Source: Paracoccaceae bacterium | GTDB lineage: Bacteria; Pseudomonadota; Alphaproteobacteria; Rhodobacterales; Rhodobacteraceae | DNA length: 64,000 nucleotides | Direction: 5' to 3' | Assembly: GCA_021741245.1 (NCBI GenBank) | Contig: JAIOYF010000004.1 | Coordinates: 350,990-414,989 of the forward strand | Shown here: in pieces, positions 17,613 through 27,908 of the stretch | How the letters are laid out: each line of letters begins with the position of its first letter | How positions within the stretch are numbered: position 1 is the first letter of the stretch | Translations under genes and position numbers: made by a program | The notes under the pieces: generated by a model | Told to the model about the DNA's origin: nothing | Database searches by the model: none | The model's input: the letters and a program-made list of their open reading frames with translations, nothing else

Positions 17613-20005
17613 TGCCCCAAAGAATGCAATCCAAATGTGTCGATACCCAGCTTTTCGCCCGGTATCGGCCTCTTCCGGGTGTGCCCGACGAATTGGCAGA
17701 TGCCAAGGGCGCGATGCGGGCTGTCTGGACGGGCCTGATCGCGCATATGTCCGGCCTGACCGAGGCCGAGATGGGCGATGCTTTCGCGCGCGGTGATCAG
17801 CATTTGGCGGATACGGGCGTATTCTTTCGCAAGTATGGCACCAATGCCGATGTGGGCCGCGATTGGCCGTTCAGCCCCGTGCCGATCATTCTGCCCGAGG
17901 CCGAGTGGCGCGGGATCGAGGCGGGCCTGATCCAGCGCGCCGATTTGCTGGAACAGGTGGTGGCCGATCTTTACGGTGACAACCGTCTTGTGGCCAATGG
18001 CCATTTGCCCGCCAGCCTGATTGCCCAAAACCCCGAATGGCTGCGCCCCATGATCGGGGTGCGGCCACGCTCGGGGCATTTCTTGCACTTTGTGGCGATC
18101 GAGATTGGCCGTGGCCCCGATGGCCGCTGGTGGGTCTTGTCTGACCGCACCGATGCCCCCTCGGGCGCGGGCTTTGCGCTTGAGAACCGGGTGGCGGCCT
18201 CGCGCGTGTTTCCGGACGTTTTCCGCACGGCCAATGTGCACCGTCTGGCCGGGTTTTTCCGATCGTTTCGCGACGCACTTGAAAAGCAGCGCGGGGATCT
18301 TGCCTCACGCGTGGGGATATTGACGCCGGGGCCCCTGACCGACACCTATTACGAACAGGCCTATATCGCCCGCTATCTGGGCATGACCTTGCTGGAGGGC
18401 GAGGATCTTTGTGTGGAAAATGGCCAGTTGCGGGTGCGCACGGTCGAAGGGTTGGCCCCCGTCGATGTGCTGTGGCGGCGGATGGATGGCATCTGGGCTG
18501 ATCCGCTGGAATTGCGCGAGGACAGCCAGCTTGGCACGCCGGGGCTGATGTCGGCGGTGCGCCAAGGCCATGTCAGCATGGTCAATGCCTTGGGCGTGGG
18601 GGTGTTGGAAACGCAGGCCTTGATGGCGTTCTTGCCCAAGATTTCACAAGTTCTGACGAGAAGGCCACTGTTGTTGCCGAACGTGGCCACATGGTGGTGC
18701 GGTCAAGCCAGTGAGTTGGCCCATGTGCGCGCCCATGCGAACCGCATGATGATTGGCCCGGCCATGGCAACGCGGATGCCCTTTGATTCGGGCGCGCCGC
18801 ATGCGGTGGGGGGGCAGATGCGCGGGGCGGATCAGACTGACCTGAACGCATGGCTGACCCAGAATGCCGCTGGATTGGTGGGCAAGGAATTGGTGACCCT
18901 GTCGACGACGCCTGTCTATGAAAACGGCGCCTTGGTGCCGCGACCGATGACATTGCGCGCCTTCTTGGCCCGCACCCCGAATGGGTGGCAGGTGATGCCC
19001 GGCGGCTTTGCCCGCATCGGGGCCAGTGCCGATACCTCCGCCATTTCGATGCGCAACGGTGGCTCGGTTGCTGATGTCTGGATCGTGGGCGACAAGCCCG
19101 TTGAGGCCGTGACCATGCTGGTGGCGCAAAGCGCGCCTTTTGTGCGGGCAAAGGCCGGACCCTTGCCCAGCCGTGCGGCCGACAACCTGTTCTGGCTTGG
19201 CCGTTATGTGGAGCGGACCGAAGGCCTGTTGCGCCTTGTGCGCGCCTATAACAGCCGTCTGGATGAGGCCGCGACCGCCCCGCTTTTGGCCACGATCCAT
19301 GCCCGCCTGAACGCCTATGGTGTCGACGTGACCGAAGCCTTTCCCAAGGGTGTCACCAGCACGCTGGCCTCGGCGGTTCACAGTGCCAGCCAGATCCGCG
19401 ACCGCTTTAGCGTGGATGGTTGGGCAGCGCTGAAGGATATGGAAAAATCAATGGCCCGCATCGCCAAGACGACCGAGGTGGGCAGCGACGCGGCCTCGGT
19501 CATGAGTGTGATGTTGCGCAAGATCGCGGGCTTTTCGGGCCTTGTGCATGAAAACATGTATCGCGCGGCGGGCTGGCAGTTCCTGACCATCGGGCGGTCG
19601 ATGGAGCGCGCGGCGATGATGACCGAGCTTTTGGCCGAGACGACCGGCCCGCGTGCTGCGGCGGGAGGGCTTGATCTGACGATCGAAGTGGGGGACAGCA
19701 TCATGGTTCACCGCCAGCGCTATGCCGTGTTTACCAGTCGCGAAAGCGTTATTGACCTGTTGGCGCTGGATGAAAGCAACCCCCGCTCGGTCCGGTTTCA
19801 TCTGGATGTGATTGCCCGCAGGACAGACGACCTTGCTCCCCTGCGCCCCCCCGGTCACATGAAGGGGTTTGTCGCCGCCGTTGCAGCCCTGCAGGACGAA
19901 ATGGCGGCACATTCGGTCTATAGCCTTGATCAAAAGGCGCTTTTGGCAACGCATGGGCAGATCTTGAACCTGTCAACGGCACTGCATGCCACATTCATGC
20001 ACTAG
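17612..20005 (+). CDS. Circularly permuted type-2 ATP-grasp protein fused to an alpha-E domain
   Basis: ~797-aa ORF. The family was recognised from its overall pattern (YYEQAYIARYLG, LVEGEDL-like LLEGEDL, C-terminal FWLGRYVERTE typical of alpha-E). Its ATG overlaps the upstream stop (TGATG). Confidence 0.75.
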   Translation: MPQRMQSKCVDTQLFARYRPLPGVPDELADAKGAMRAVWTGLIAHMSGLTEAEMGDAFARGDQHLADTGVFFRKYGTNADVGRDWPFSPVPIILPEAEWRGIEAGLIQRADLLEQVVADLYGDNRLVANGHLPASLIAQNPEWLRPMIGVRPRSGHFLHFVAIEIGRGPDGRWWVLSDRTDAPSGAGFALENRVAASRVFPDVFRTANVHRLAGFFRSFRDALEKQRGDLASRVGILTPGPLTDTYYEQAYIARYLGMTLLEGEDLCVENGQLRVRTVEGLAPVDVLWRRMDGIWADPLELREDSQLGTPGLMSAVRQGHVSMVNALGVGVLETQALMAFLPKISQVLTRRPLLLPNVATWWCGQASELAHVRAHANRMMIGPAMATRMPFDSGAPHAVGGQMRGADQTDLNAWLTQNAAGLVGKELVTLSTTPVYENGALVPRPMTLRAFLARTPNGWQVMPGGFARIGASADTSAISMRNGGSVADVWIVGDKPVEAVTMLVAQSAPFVRAKAGPLPSRAADNLFWLGRYVERTEGLLRLVRAYNSRLDEAATAPLLATIHARLNAYGVDVTEAFPKGVTSTLASAVHSASQIRDRFSVDGWAALKDMEKSMARIAKTTEVGSDAASVMSVMLRKIAGFSGLVHENMYRAAGWQFLTIGRSMERAAMMTELLAETTGPRAAAGGLDLTIEVGDSIMVHRQRYAVFTSRESVIDLLALDESNPRSVRFHLDVIARRTDDLAPLRPPGHMKGFVAAVAALQDEMAAHSVYSLDQKALLATHGQILNLSTALHATFMH

Positions 20006-20015
20006 GGGCGGCGCG

Positions 20016-20894
20016 GTGATTTTCGATATCAAACTACAAATAGCCTATGAATATGCCAACCCGGCGGTGGGGGGGCGGCATGTCGTTTGCGTGATGCCTT
20101 TGGGCCTGACAGCAGGTCAAAGCGTTCAATCCGCCCAGCTTACGATCGACCCCATTCCGCAAGAGCGGTTGGACAGGGTGGATTTCTTCGGAAACGCCGT
20201 GACAGAGTTCAGCTTTCGTGGTCCGCACGACAGCGTGTCACTCACCATGCGGGCACGGGTGATGCGTGACGGTCTGGTGCCATCAGTTGCAAGTGCGGTG
20301 CCGCTGGATGCCTTGGCGCGCGAATTGGCACAGTGTCGGGATGTGGGGCCGAATGCGCCGCTGCATTTCTTGGCCCCCTCATCGCGCGTGCCGATTGATC
20401 CCGCCATGACCGCTTTTGCCACCGCGCTTGTGCGCCCGGGTTTGACCGTGGCCGAGGTGGTGATGGCCGTGGGCAGCGGCTTGTTCCGTCATATGCGGTT
20501 TGACCCCACCGCGACAAAGGTCGACACCCCTGCGACAGAGGCTTTTGCCAAGGGGCGGGGGGTTTGTCAGGACTTCTCCCATATCATGATCGCCTGCTTG
20601 CGCGGCATCGGCGTTCCGGCGGGCTATGTCAGCGGCTATCTGCGCACCCTGCCTCCGCCCGGAAAACCAAGGCTTGAAGGGGCGGATGCCATGCATGCTT
20701 GGGTGCGCGCATGGTGCGGCCAAGCGACAGGGTGGGTTGAGTTTGATCCCACCAACAACTGCTTTGCCGGCGGGGATCATATCGTTGTCGCCCATGGTCG
20801 CGACTATTCTGATGTGGCCCCGATCAAGGGCACCATGCGCATCGCGGGCGGTCAGAAAAGCCATCAAGCAGTGGATGTCATTCCACTAAACTGA
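20016..20894 (+). CDS. Transglutaminase family protein (Bact_transglu_N plus transglutaminase core)
   Basis: Motifs GRGVCQDFSHIMI and AMHAWVRAW...WVEFDPTN. The GTG at 20016 lies 10 nt after the preceding stop. Confidence 0.8.
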   Translation: MIFDIKLQIAYEYANPAVGGRHVVCVMPLGLTAGQSVQSAQLTIDPIPQERLDRVDFFGNAVTEFSFRGPHDSVSLTMRARVMRDGLVPSVASAVPLDALARELAQCRDVGPNAPLHFLAPSSRVPIDPAMTAFATALVRPGLTVAEVVMAVGSGLFRHMRFDPTATKVDTPATEAFAKGRGVCQDFSHIMIACLRGIGVPAGYVSGYLRTLPPPGKPRLEGADAMHAWVRAWCGQATGWVEFDPTNNCFAGGDHIVVAHGRDYSDVAPIKGTMRIAGGQKSHQAVDVIPLN

Positions 20895-20957
20895 GTGTGC
20901 CTGATCTGTGGCGACGTGCCTTATGGCAAGGTTTGCGCCTTGAGAAAGACCCGCCGT

Positions 20958-21599
20958 TCAGGATCGCAGCGCCTTGGCCTCTGCGGCAAGGGTGGTGATC
21001 TTTGCCCAATCGCCTGCGACCATCGCGTCTTTGGGCGCAACCCAAGACCCGCCAACGCAAAGGATGTTCTTGAGGCCAAGGTAATCTGGCGCTGTTTTCA
21101 GACCAATGCCACCTGTGGGACAAAAGCTGACCTGAGGCAGGGGGGAGCCGATGGATTTCAGGAATGCAGCCCCACCTGATTGTTCGGCGGGAAAGAATTT
21201 TTGCACCGTGAACCCCAGTTCCAGAAGCGCCATGATTTCCGATGCCGTGACAGCACCGGGCAACAGCGGCAGGTCAAATTCACAGGCCGCGTCGATCAGG
21301 GCAGGGGTGGAGCCGGGCGAGACGCCAAAGGTGGCACCAGCCTCTTTCGCGGCCTTTACATCGGCGCGTGTCAGCAAGGTGCCCGCGCCAACATGGCCGC
21401 CCGGAACCTCGGCCATGATGCGGATCGCGTCAAGCGCGCAGGGGGTGCGCAGGGTGACTTCCAGCGCAGGCAAGCCGCCTGCAACCAGCGCCTCGGCCAG
21501 CGGTCTGGCGTGGGCGATATCATCAATCACCAAAACAGGGACAACAGGCGCAAGGCGGCACACCTCAAGCGCGCGGGCAGATTGTTCGGTTGGGGTCAT
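20958..21599 (-). CDS. eda: 2-dehydro-3-deoxy-phosphogluconate (KDPG) aldolase
   Basis: 213-aa ORF with the KDPG aldolase pattern (LEVTLRTP, GAGTLL, KFFPAE, FCPTGGI). It lies downstream of edd. Confidence 0.9.
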   Translation of the reverse strand: MTPTEQSARALEVCRLAPVVPVLVIDDIAHARPLAEALVAGGLPALEVTLRTPCALDAIRIMAEVPGGHVGAGTLLTRADVKAAKEAGATFGVSPGSTPALIDAACEFDLPLLPGAVTASEIMALLELGFTVQKFFPAEQSGGAAFLKSIGSPLPQVSFCPTGGIGLKTAPDYLGLKNILCVGGSWVAPKDAMVAGDWAKITTLAAEAKALRS

Positions 21600-21681
21600 G
21601 GCGCAAACCTTTCAACAGGCGATAAGACAAAGGGCAGGTGCCCTTGGCAGGGATAATTTTCAAGCCGAAAACGGAGGTCGT

Positions 21682-23487
21682 TCAGACAACCACACTCGCC
21701 CCGGTATCGGCAGAGCCCACGTTGCGCCGGAACGCCTCGAACAACTCGCGCCCGATGCCATGGCTGTTGGCCGACAGGTCCGCGGTGACGGGGGCACGGT
21801 TTTCGAAATCCGGGGCCAGAACCATCAACGTGCCCTCAATCGCATCAAGCCGCACGATGTCACCATCGCGCAGGCGGGCAAGGGGGCCGCCCTTGGCTGC
21901 CTCGGGCGAGACGTGGATGGCGGCGGGCACCTTGCCACTGGCCCCAGACATCCGGCCATCAGTCACCAGCGCAACCCGCAACCCGCGATCTTGCAGCACC
22001 GACAGGGTCGGGGTCAGCGAGTGCAACTCGGGCATGCCATTGGCACTTGGTCCCTGAAAGCGGACGACAACCACGGTGTCCGTGGTGAATTCACCAGCTT
22101 TAAAGGCGGCTTTCACATCGTTCTGATCGTGAAAGATGCGAACCGGGGCCTCGATCACATGGCGCTCGGGAGCCACGGCCGAGACCTTGATCACCCCGCG
22201 CCCAAGGTTGCCAGACAATTGCTTTAGCCCACCCGTGGTGGCAAAGGGCGCATCTGCCGGGCGCACGATCTTTTCATTAAGCGAAGTGGTGGGGCCCGCC
22301 TGCCAGCCAAGTTTGCCTCCCGACAATGTGGGTTCCTGACGATAGGCGGACAGATCGTCGCCTATGATGGTCTTTGCATCGGCATGCAAAAGCCCGGCAT
22401 CCAGCAACTGACCGATCAGGAATTGCAGCCCGCCTGCGGCATGGAAATGGTTCACGTCCGCCAAGCCGTTTGGATAGACCTTGGCCATCAGGGGCACAGC
22501 TTCCGAAATATCGGCAAAATCCTCAAGGTCCAGCATCACGCCCGAGGCGCGCGCCATGGCGGGCATATGCAGCACAAGGTTGGTCGACCCGCCCGTGGCC
22601 ATCAGACCGACAAGGCCATTCACATAGGCGCGTTCGTCCAGAATTTCGCCTGCGGGGCGGAAGTCATTGCCAAGCGCGGTGATCTGGGCCGCACGTTCGA
22701 CCGCCGCCGATGTCAGCGCCTCGCGCAGCGGAGTGCCGGGGTTGACGAAACTTGCGCCGGGCAGGTGCAGGCCCATGAACTCCATCAGCATCTGGTTGGT
22801 GTTCGCCGTGCCGTAAAAGGTGCAGGTGCCGGGGCCATGATAGCTCGCCATCTCGGCGGCCATCAGCTCCTCGCGGCTGGCCTTGCCTTCGGCAAAGCGG
22901 TTGCGCACCGCCGATTTCTCATCATTGGGAATACCCGAGGGCATTGGGCCCGCAGGCACAAAAACGCTGGGGATATGGCCAAAGGTGCCGGCGGCGATGA
23001 TCAGGCCCGGCACGATCTTGTCGCAAACGCCAAGGTAAAGGGCGGCGTCGAAGGTATTGTGGCTAAGGGCAACGCCCGCCGCCAATGCGATCACATCGCG
23101 CGAAAACAGCGACAGCTCCATCCCGGGCTGGCCTTGGGTCACGCCGTCGCACATGGCGGGCACGCCGCCTGCCACCTGTGCGGTCGCGCCTGCCTTGCGG
23201 GCGGCTGTGCGGATCAGATCGGGATAGCGTTCAAATGGCTGATGGGCCGACAGCATATCATTATAGGCCGTCACAATGCCGATATTGGGCGCGCGTGTTG
23301 TGGCAAGCGCATTCTTGTCCTCATGCGTTGCGGCAAAGGCATGGGCCTGATTGCCGCAAGAAAGATGGCTGCGGGCAGGCCCATTGGTGACAGCTTGATG
23401 CATCCGGGACAAATAGGTTGCCCGTGTGTCGCGGCTGCGTTCACGGATACGGTCAGTCACGCGTGCGATCGTGGCGTTCAGCGACAT
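21682..23487 (-). CDS. edd: Phosphogluconate dehydratase
   Basis: 601-aa ORF of the IlvD/Edd family ([17 protein letters not shown]) with Edd-type length. It is paired with eda. Confidence 0.9.
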   Translation of the reverse strand: MSLNATIARVTDRIRERSRDTRATYLSRMHQAVTNGPARSHLSCGNQAHAFAATHEDKNALATTRAPNIGIVTAYNDMLSAHQPFERYPDLIRTAARKAGATAQVAGGVPAMCDGVTQGQPGMELSLFSRDVIALAAGVALSHNTFDAALYLGVCDKIVPGLIIAAGTFGHIPSVFVPAGPMPSGIPNDEKSAVRNRFAEGKASREELMAAEMASYHGPGTCTFYGTANTNQMLMEFMGLHLPGASFVNPGTPLREALTSAAVERAAQITALGNDFRPAGEILDERAYVNGLVGLMATGGSTNLVLHMPAMARASGVMLDLEDFADISEAVPLMAKVYPNGLADVNHFHAAGGLQFLIGQLLDAGLLHADAKTIIGDDLSAYRQEPTLSGGKLGWQAGPTTSLNEKIVRPADAPFATTGGLKQLSGNLGRGVIKVSAVAPERHVIEAPVRIFHDQNDVKAAFKAGEFTTDTVVVVRFQGPSANGMPELHSLTPTLSVLQDRGLRVALVTDGRMSGASGKVPAAIHVSPEAAKGGPLARLRDGDIVRLDAIEGTLMVLAPDFENRAPVTADLSANSHGIGRELFEAFRRNVGSADTGASVVV

Positions 23488-23532
23488 GTGTGGCCCCCAT
23501 TTCTACCTGTTGGCGTGTCTTTAACAGAAAGC

Positions 23533-23544
23533 GTTAGCGCTAAC
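23533..23544. promoter_or_regulatory. Perfect 12-bp palindrome GTTAGCGCTAAC upstream of edd
   Basis: Read directly from the sequence, 46 nt upstream of the edd start. It has the shape of a LacI-family operator. Confidence 0.3.
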
Positions 23545-23720
23545 AAGAACGGCTGGCCCTCAGATGGCGAAATGTCGCGCGCCCAAAAACCGTGGTCATC
23601 CGATGCGATGCGCTGTGGGTCTTGGGCATAGAGATAACAGCCTTTCGTACGATTTTAGACGAATTTCGACCATGATTACCCGATATATCTCGCAAAATCC
23701 GGGCGAAACCCCATGAGGAA

Positions 23721-24404
23721 ATGACGATGAAACGTGTTTTGTTCCCAATGATGGCCGCAGCGATCCTCTTGTCTGCCTGCGCTGGTGAAATTCCGGCGTC
23801 ACGCTCTGTTTCCGATCTGACTTTGGCCGCATCGAATGGTGAGGTACTTGCGCAGGGCCCCGCACAGAAGGTTCTGACGGGTCACTATGTGATCAAGGAT
23901 GTCCGGATCACGGTGCCGCAAACGCTGCGCGTGTCCGAGGCAAATGTCTTCTATCCGATCGCCGATATCGTCTGGCGTGGGGAACCGATTGGAAACCGTC
24001 ACAAGCAGGTCAGCGCGATTTTCGCTGATGCGGCAGCGGCGGCATCCAAACACCTGACAAGTGGCCCATCGGTGATCGTTGAACTGGAGGTTACCCGGTT
24101 TCACTGCGTGACCGAGAAAACCCGCTACACCATTGGCGGCACGCATTCCTTGCATTTCAACCTGACGGTTCGCGATGCAGCCACGGGCGAGGTGCTAGAG
24201 GGGCCACGTGCAATTGTTGCCGATGTGAAGGCGGCGGGAGGTGCGCAGGCGGTGGCCGAAGAGCAGATGGGGCGTACCCAGCGCGTTGTCGTGGTGGAAC
24301 AGCTTGCCGCTGCCTTGCGTCGTGCGCTGTCGGCCGAGGTTGACGCAGAAATGATCATGAGCCGTGGTTTGGTTGATCCCCAAAGCCTTGCTGTGCAGTT
24401 CTGA
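23721..24404 (+). CDS. Putative lipoprotein of unknown function
   Basis: Signal peptide with lipobox (AAAILLSAC). GAGGAA sits just upstream of the ATG. Confidence 0.65.
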   Translation: MTMKRVLFPMMAAAILLSACAGEIPASRSVSDLTLAASNGEVLAQGPAQKVLTGHYVIKDVRITVPQTLRVSEANVFYPIADIVWRGEPIGNRHKQVSAIFADAAAAASKHLTSGPSVIVELEVTRFHCVTEKTRYTIGGTHSLHFNLTVRDAATGEVLEGPRAIVADVKAAGGAQAVAEEQMGRTQRVVVVEQLAAALRRALSAEVDAEMIMSRGLVDPQSLAVQF

Positions 24405-24458
24405 CGATCCGGCGCCTTTCGCGTTTGAAGGGCATTCCACAAGCAATCGATCTGAGAT

Positions 24459-25709
24459 ATGGGGAGGTGCATGATGACCTCTCCCCTTTCGCATGGCGAA
24501 CCCGAAGATCTTCCGCAGCCGCATGGACGTGCTGTGGTGCGTATGAAACCCAAGGCCGAGGCGCGGGCAATCCGACACGGCTTTCCTTGGGTCTATGCTG
24601 ATGAGCTTGTGACCGACAGGCGTACCCAATCGCTGAATCCCGGCACGCTTGCGGTGCTGGAGGATGGCGAGCGCAGGCCCTTGGGTCTGGTGACGGTGAA
24701 CCCGAAATCCAAGATCATCGCCCGCATGATCGACCGCGATATCGAGGCGGTGATTGACGAGGCGTGGTTCACCAAGCGGTTGCAGCGCGCGTTGCAGATG
24801 CGGACCACCCTGTTCGACCAACCCTATTACCGCCTGATCCATGCCGAGGCCGATGGCCTTCCCGGTGTGGTGATCGACCGCTTTGGCGATGTGGCCGTGG
24901 TCCAGCCCAATGCGGCATGGGCCGAGGCGCATCTGGCGCAGCTTGTGGCGGCCCTTCAGGCCGTGACGGGTGTCTCCACCGTGGTCAAGAATGGCTCGGG
25001 CCGCTCTCGCGTGCTGGAGGGGCTGACCGAAGAGATATCGGTGATCGCAGGATCGATGGACGCCCCGGTTCAGGTCGCGATGAATGGGGCCATCTATCTG
25101 GCCGACCTTTTGGGCGGACAAAAGACCGGGATCTTTTACGACCAGCGCCCCAACCATGCCTTTGCGGCACGGCTTGCGCCGGGTGCGCGGGTGTTGGACG
25201 TGTTTTCACATGTCGGCGGCTTTGGTCTGGCATGTCTCGCGGCGGGGGCTACAAGTGCCTTGGCCGTAGACGGATCGGCCCCGGCGCTGGCCTTGGCCGC
25301 ACAGGGTGCGGCGGCGATGGGGGTGACGGATCGGTTCACCACCCGCCAAGGCGACGCCTTTGACGTACTGGAGGCCTTGGCGGTTGAGGGTGCGCAGTTC
25401 GATTTGGTGATCTGCGATCCGCCTGCCTTTGCGCCGTCAAAACCTGCGATGGTGGCGGGCCTGCGCGCCTATGAGCGGGTGGCCAAACTGGCCTCGGCGC
25501 TGGTCGCTCCGGGGGGCTATCTGGTGGTGTGTTCGTGCTCGCACGCGGCGGATCTGCAATCGTTCCGCAATTCCAGTGCGCGTGGCATCGGCCGGGGTGG
25601 ACGGGCAGCGCAATTGCTGCACACAGGTCAGGCCGGGCCAGATCACCCGATGTTGCCGCAACTGGCGGAAAGCGGCTACCTTAAGGCCCTGTTCTTCCGG
25701 CTGGATTGA
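24459..25709 (+). CDS. rlmI: Class I SAM-dependent rRNA (cytosine-C5) methyltransferase, RlmI-like
   Basis: PUA-like N-terminus (HGFPWVYADEL), then a methyltransferase core (VLDVFSHVGGFG, ICDPPAF). The start codon is uncertain. Confidence 0.8.
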   Translation: MGRCMMTSPLSHGEPEDLPQPHGRAVVRMKPKAEARAIRHGFPWVYADELVTDRRTQSLNPGTLAVLEDGERRPLGLVTVNPKSKIIARMIDRDIEAVIDEAWFTKRLQRALQMRTTLFDQPYYRLIHAEADGLPGVVIDRFGDVAVVQPNAAWAEAHLAQLVAALQAVTGVSTVVKNGSGRSRVLEGLTEEISVIAGSMDAPVQVAMNGAIYLADLLGGQKTGIFYDQRPNHAFAARLAPGARVLDVFSHVGGFGLACLAAGATSALAVDGSAPALALAAQGAAAMGVTDRFTTRQGDAFDVLEALAVEGAQFDLVICDPPAFAPSKPAMVAGLRAYERVAKLASALVAPGGYLVVCSCSHAADLQSFRNSSARGIGRGGRAAQLLHTGQAGPDHPMLPQLAESGYLKALFFRLD

Positions 25710-26257
25710 TGAAGGCGGTTCTAGACGCCTGCGTTCTGTATCCGACGGTTCTGCGCGAGATATTGATGGGCTGTGCAGCAGCGGGGCTATATACCCCGCT
25801 GTTTTCCGAACGTATCTTGCGCGAATGGACACGGGCCACGGCCAAGCTTGGCCCCGCAGCGCAGGTGGTCGCTGAAGGCGAGGCGGTTAGCCTGCGCGCA
25901 TCCTTTCCCAAGGCCATCGTGCGCGAACATGCCAATATTGAGGCGCGGCTGAGCCTGCCGGACCCTAATGACGTCCATGTTCTGGCTGTTGCGATTGCCG
26001 GACACGCGGATTGCATCGTGACCTTCAACGCCCAAGATTTCCCACGCCATCTTTTGGCCGAAGAGGGGATTGATCGGCGTGATCCTGATGGGTTCTTGTG
26101 GGAATTGTGGTCGCATCATCCCCAAGACGTGGGCCGGGTTGTCGCGGCGGTTCATGCCACCGCATGCCGGCTGTCGGGCGAAGAGTTTACCCTGAAATCC
26201 TTGCTCAAACGGGCCAAGTTGAACCGCTTGGCCAAGGCGCTTCAGTCGGGAACCTGA
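25709..26257 (+). CDS. PIN-domain protein (orphan, no adjacent antitoxin seen)
   Basis: N-terminal VLDACVLYP acidic motif and DVHVLAVAI. Its ATG overlaps the rlmI stop (TGATG). Confidence 0.6.
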   Translation: MKAVLDACVLYPTVLREILMGCAAAGLYTPLFSERILREWTRATAKLGPAAQVVAEGEAVSLRASFPKAIVREHANIEARLSLPDPNDVHVLAVAIAGHADCIVTFNAQDFPRHLLAEEGIDRRDPDGFLWELWSHHPQDVGRVVAAVHATACRLSGEEFTLKSLLKRAKLNRLAKALQSGT

Positions 26258-26934
26258 CGCCAACGCGCCTCCGCCGCCTCAATCGCGCGGATGCGGTCTG
26301 CGGTTTTGGGGTGGCTCAGCAACCACGCCGGAATTCCCTCGGCATGATTGGCGGTCAGCGCACCCAGCTTGCGAAAGAGGGATTTTTGCGGCTCTACCCC
26401 GATCCCGGCTTTGACCAGAAGAGCGCTGGCATAAGCGTCTGCCTCAAACTCATCACGGCGCGACATGCGGGCCATCAGCGCGGTTGAGATCAGATTGGCA
26501 ATCCACACGCCCAAAATGGGCACAAAACGGCTGAGCAGCGCCGAAAGCATCACGAAAACTGCGTTCTGTCCGGTGAAATCAATCATCCGCCGACGGGTAT
26601 GGCCAAGGGCGACATGGCCCAGTTCATGTGCGATCACGCTGGCCAGTTCCTCGGCCGAAACCTCGCCCCGCGCCTTGCGGTTCAGGAACCCGCGCGTGAG
26701 GAAAATCCGGCCATCCGGGGCCGCAAGACCATTGACCGGCTCCACCTCGAACACATTGACCTTGATCTGCGGCAGGTCAAGCGCGCTGGCCATCCGTTCG
26801 GTCAGCCGCAGGATCGACGGATCGGTCAGGGGTTGGCTTTGCGCATCCAGCATGCGTGAGGTGCGCCATACCGAAAAGCGCCACATCAAAAGCGCGTATC
26901 CAATGGCCAGCAAAAGGGGGGTCAGTTTCAACAT
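26242..26934 (-). CDS. M48 family zinc metallopeptidase
   Basis: HELGHVALGH (HExxH) plus downstream EFEAD, with an N-terminal TM segment. Confidence 0.8.
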   Translation of the reverse strand: MLKLTPLLLAIGYALLMWRFSVWRTSRMLDAQSQPLTDPSILRLTERMASALDLPQIKVNVFEVEPVNGLAAPDGRIFLTRGFLNRKARGEVSAEELASVIAHELGHVALGHTRRRMIDFTGQNAVFVMLSALLSRFVPILGVWIANLISTALMARMSRRDEFEADAYASALLVKAGIGVEPQKSLFRKLGALTANHAEGIPAWLLSHPKTADRIRAIEAAEARWRQVPD

Positions 26935-26949
26935 GAAGGGAATATGGGG

Positions 26950-27567
26950 TCAGGATTGCGGTTTGGAAAGACCTGCGCGTTCACGTCGCGCCAGCGCCAA
27001 AAGCCACGCGCCAAGGCCAAGGACGGCTGTGCCCGTGGCCACCAGACCAAGGATCGACCCCAGCATGTCAGACGCCGCCGAAAGATTGCCCGCAAACATG
27101 CTGCCCATAAAGACATAAAGGCCACACCAGACCAATTCGCCCAGCACGCCCCACAGGGTAAAGCGCAACCAGTCATGGTGCATAGCCCCGGAAATCAGGT
27201 TCACATAGGGCCCAAGCGGGCTGAACAACCAGCGCGACAGAAACACGGCGATGCCGCCACGGGTCTGCATCGTGGTGCGGGCCTTGTCGATGATGCGGGC
27301 GCGGGCAGGGGCCTTTGCCACCCGGTCCAGCAGCGGTGCGCCGCCGTGGCGTCCGGCCAAATAGCCCATCTGATCGCCCGCCACTGCACCCGACAGCGCC
27401 GCAACAATCACCTGCCACAGCACCAGATCACCCGCCGCCGCAAACCCCCCCGCCGCCAACATGATGATCGAGGCGGGTATCGGCAGGGCAAGGCATGAGG
27501 CCAGCGTCGTGACCCCGATGAGCCACAGCCCATAGGTGGGCACAAGGGCCAGCAGCCATTCCGTCAT
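26950..27567 (-). CDS. DedA/SNARE-associated family membrane protein
   Basis: 205-aa polytopic ORF with a DedA-like pattern (GDQMGYLAGR, FLSRWL). Confidence 0.7.
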   Translation of the reverse strand: MTEWLLALVPTYGLWLIGVTTLASCLALPIPASIIMLAAGGFAAAGDLVLWQVIVAALSGAVAGDQMGYLAGRHGGAPLLDRVAKAPARARIIDKARTTMQTRGGIAVFLSRWLFSPLGPYVNLISGAMHHDWLRFTLWGVLGELVWCGLYVFMGSMFAGNLSAASDMLGSILGLVATGTAVLGLGAWLLALARRERAGLSKPQS

Positions 27568-27908
27568 GGTGCCTTGCCACGTTCAGCCTGCATCTCGGCA
27601 ATGGTCTGCTCGACAAGGCTTATCACGTCAGACACAGGCACGCCACGGTCGCGGGCGATCTGTTCAAGGGTAAAGGGCTTGCCCTTTTCAGGGACGGGCA
27701 GCCCTGCGCGTTGGTCCATCTCGCGCGGATCTAACCCCCAGCTGCGCCCGACATACCCCATGGTCATCCACGGCTCGACCGCCACATTGCGATGCTGGGT
27801 CCAATAGACCGCGCGATAAGCGATCCGCCCGGCCAGAAACAGCGATGCAGCAAGGGCCAGCACAAAGGCAAAGACAAGAATGGGGTGGCGTCTGGCAAGG
27901 CCGATCAT
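27564..27908 (-). CDS. Hypothetical single-pass membrane protein (114 aa)
   Basis: One N-terminal TM helix. ATGA overlaps with both neighbours indicate translational coupling. Confidence 0.5.
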   Translation of the reverse strand: MIGLARRHPILVFAFVLALAASLFLAGRIAYRAVYWTQHRNVAVEPWMTMGYVGRSWGLDPREMDQRAGLPVPEKGKPFTLEQIARDRGVPVSDVISLVEQTIAEMQAERGKAP

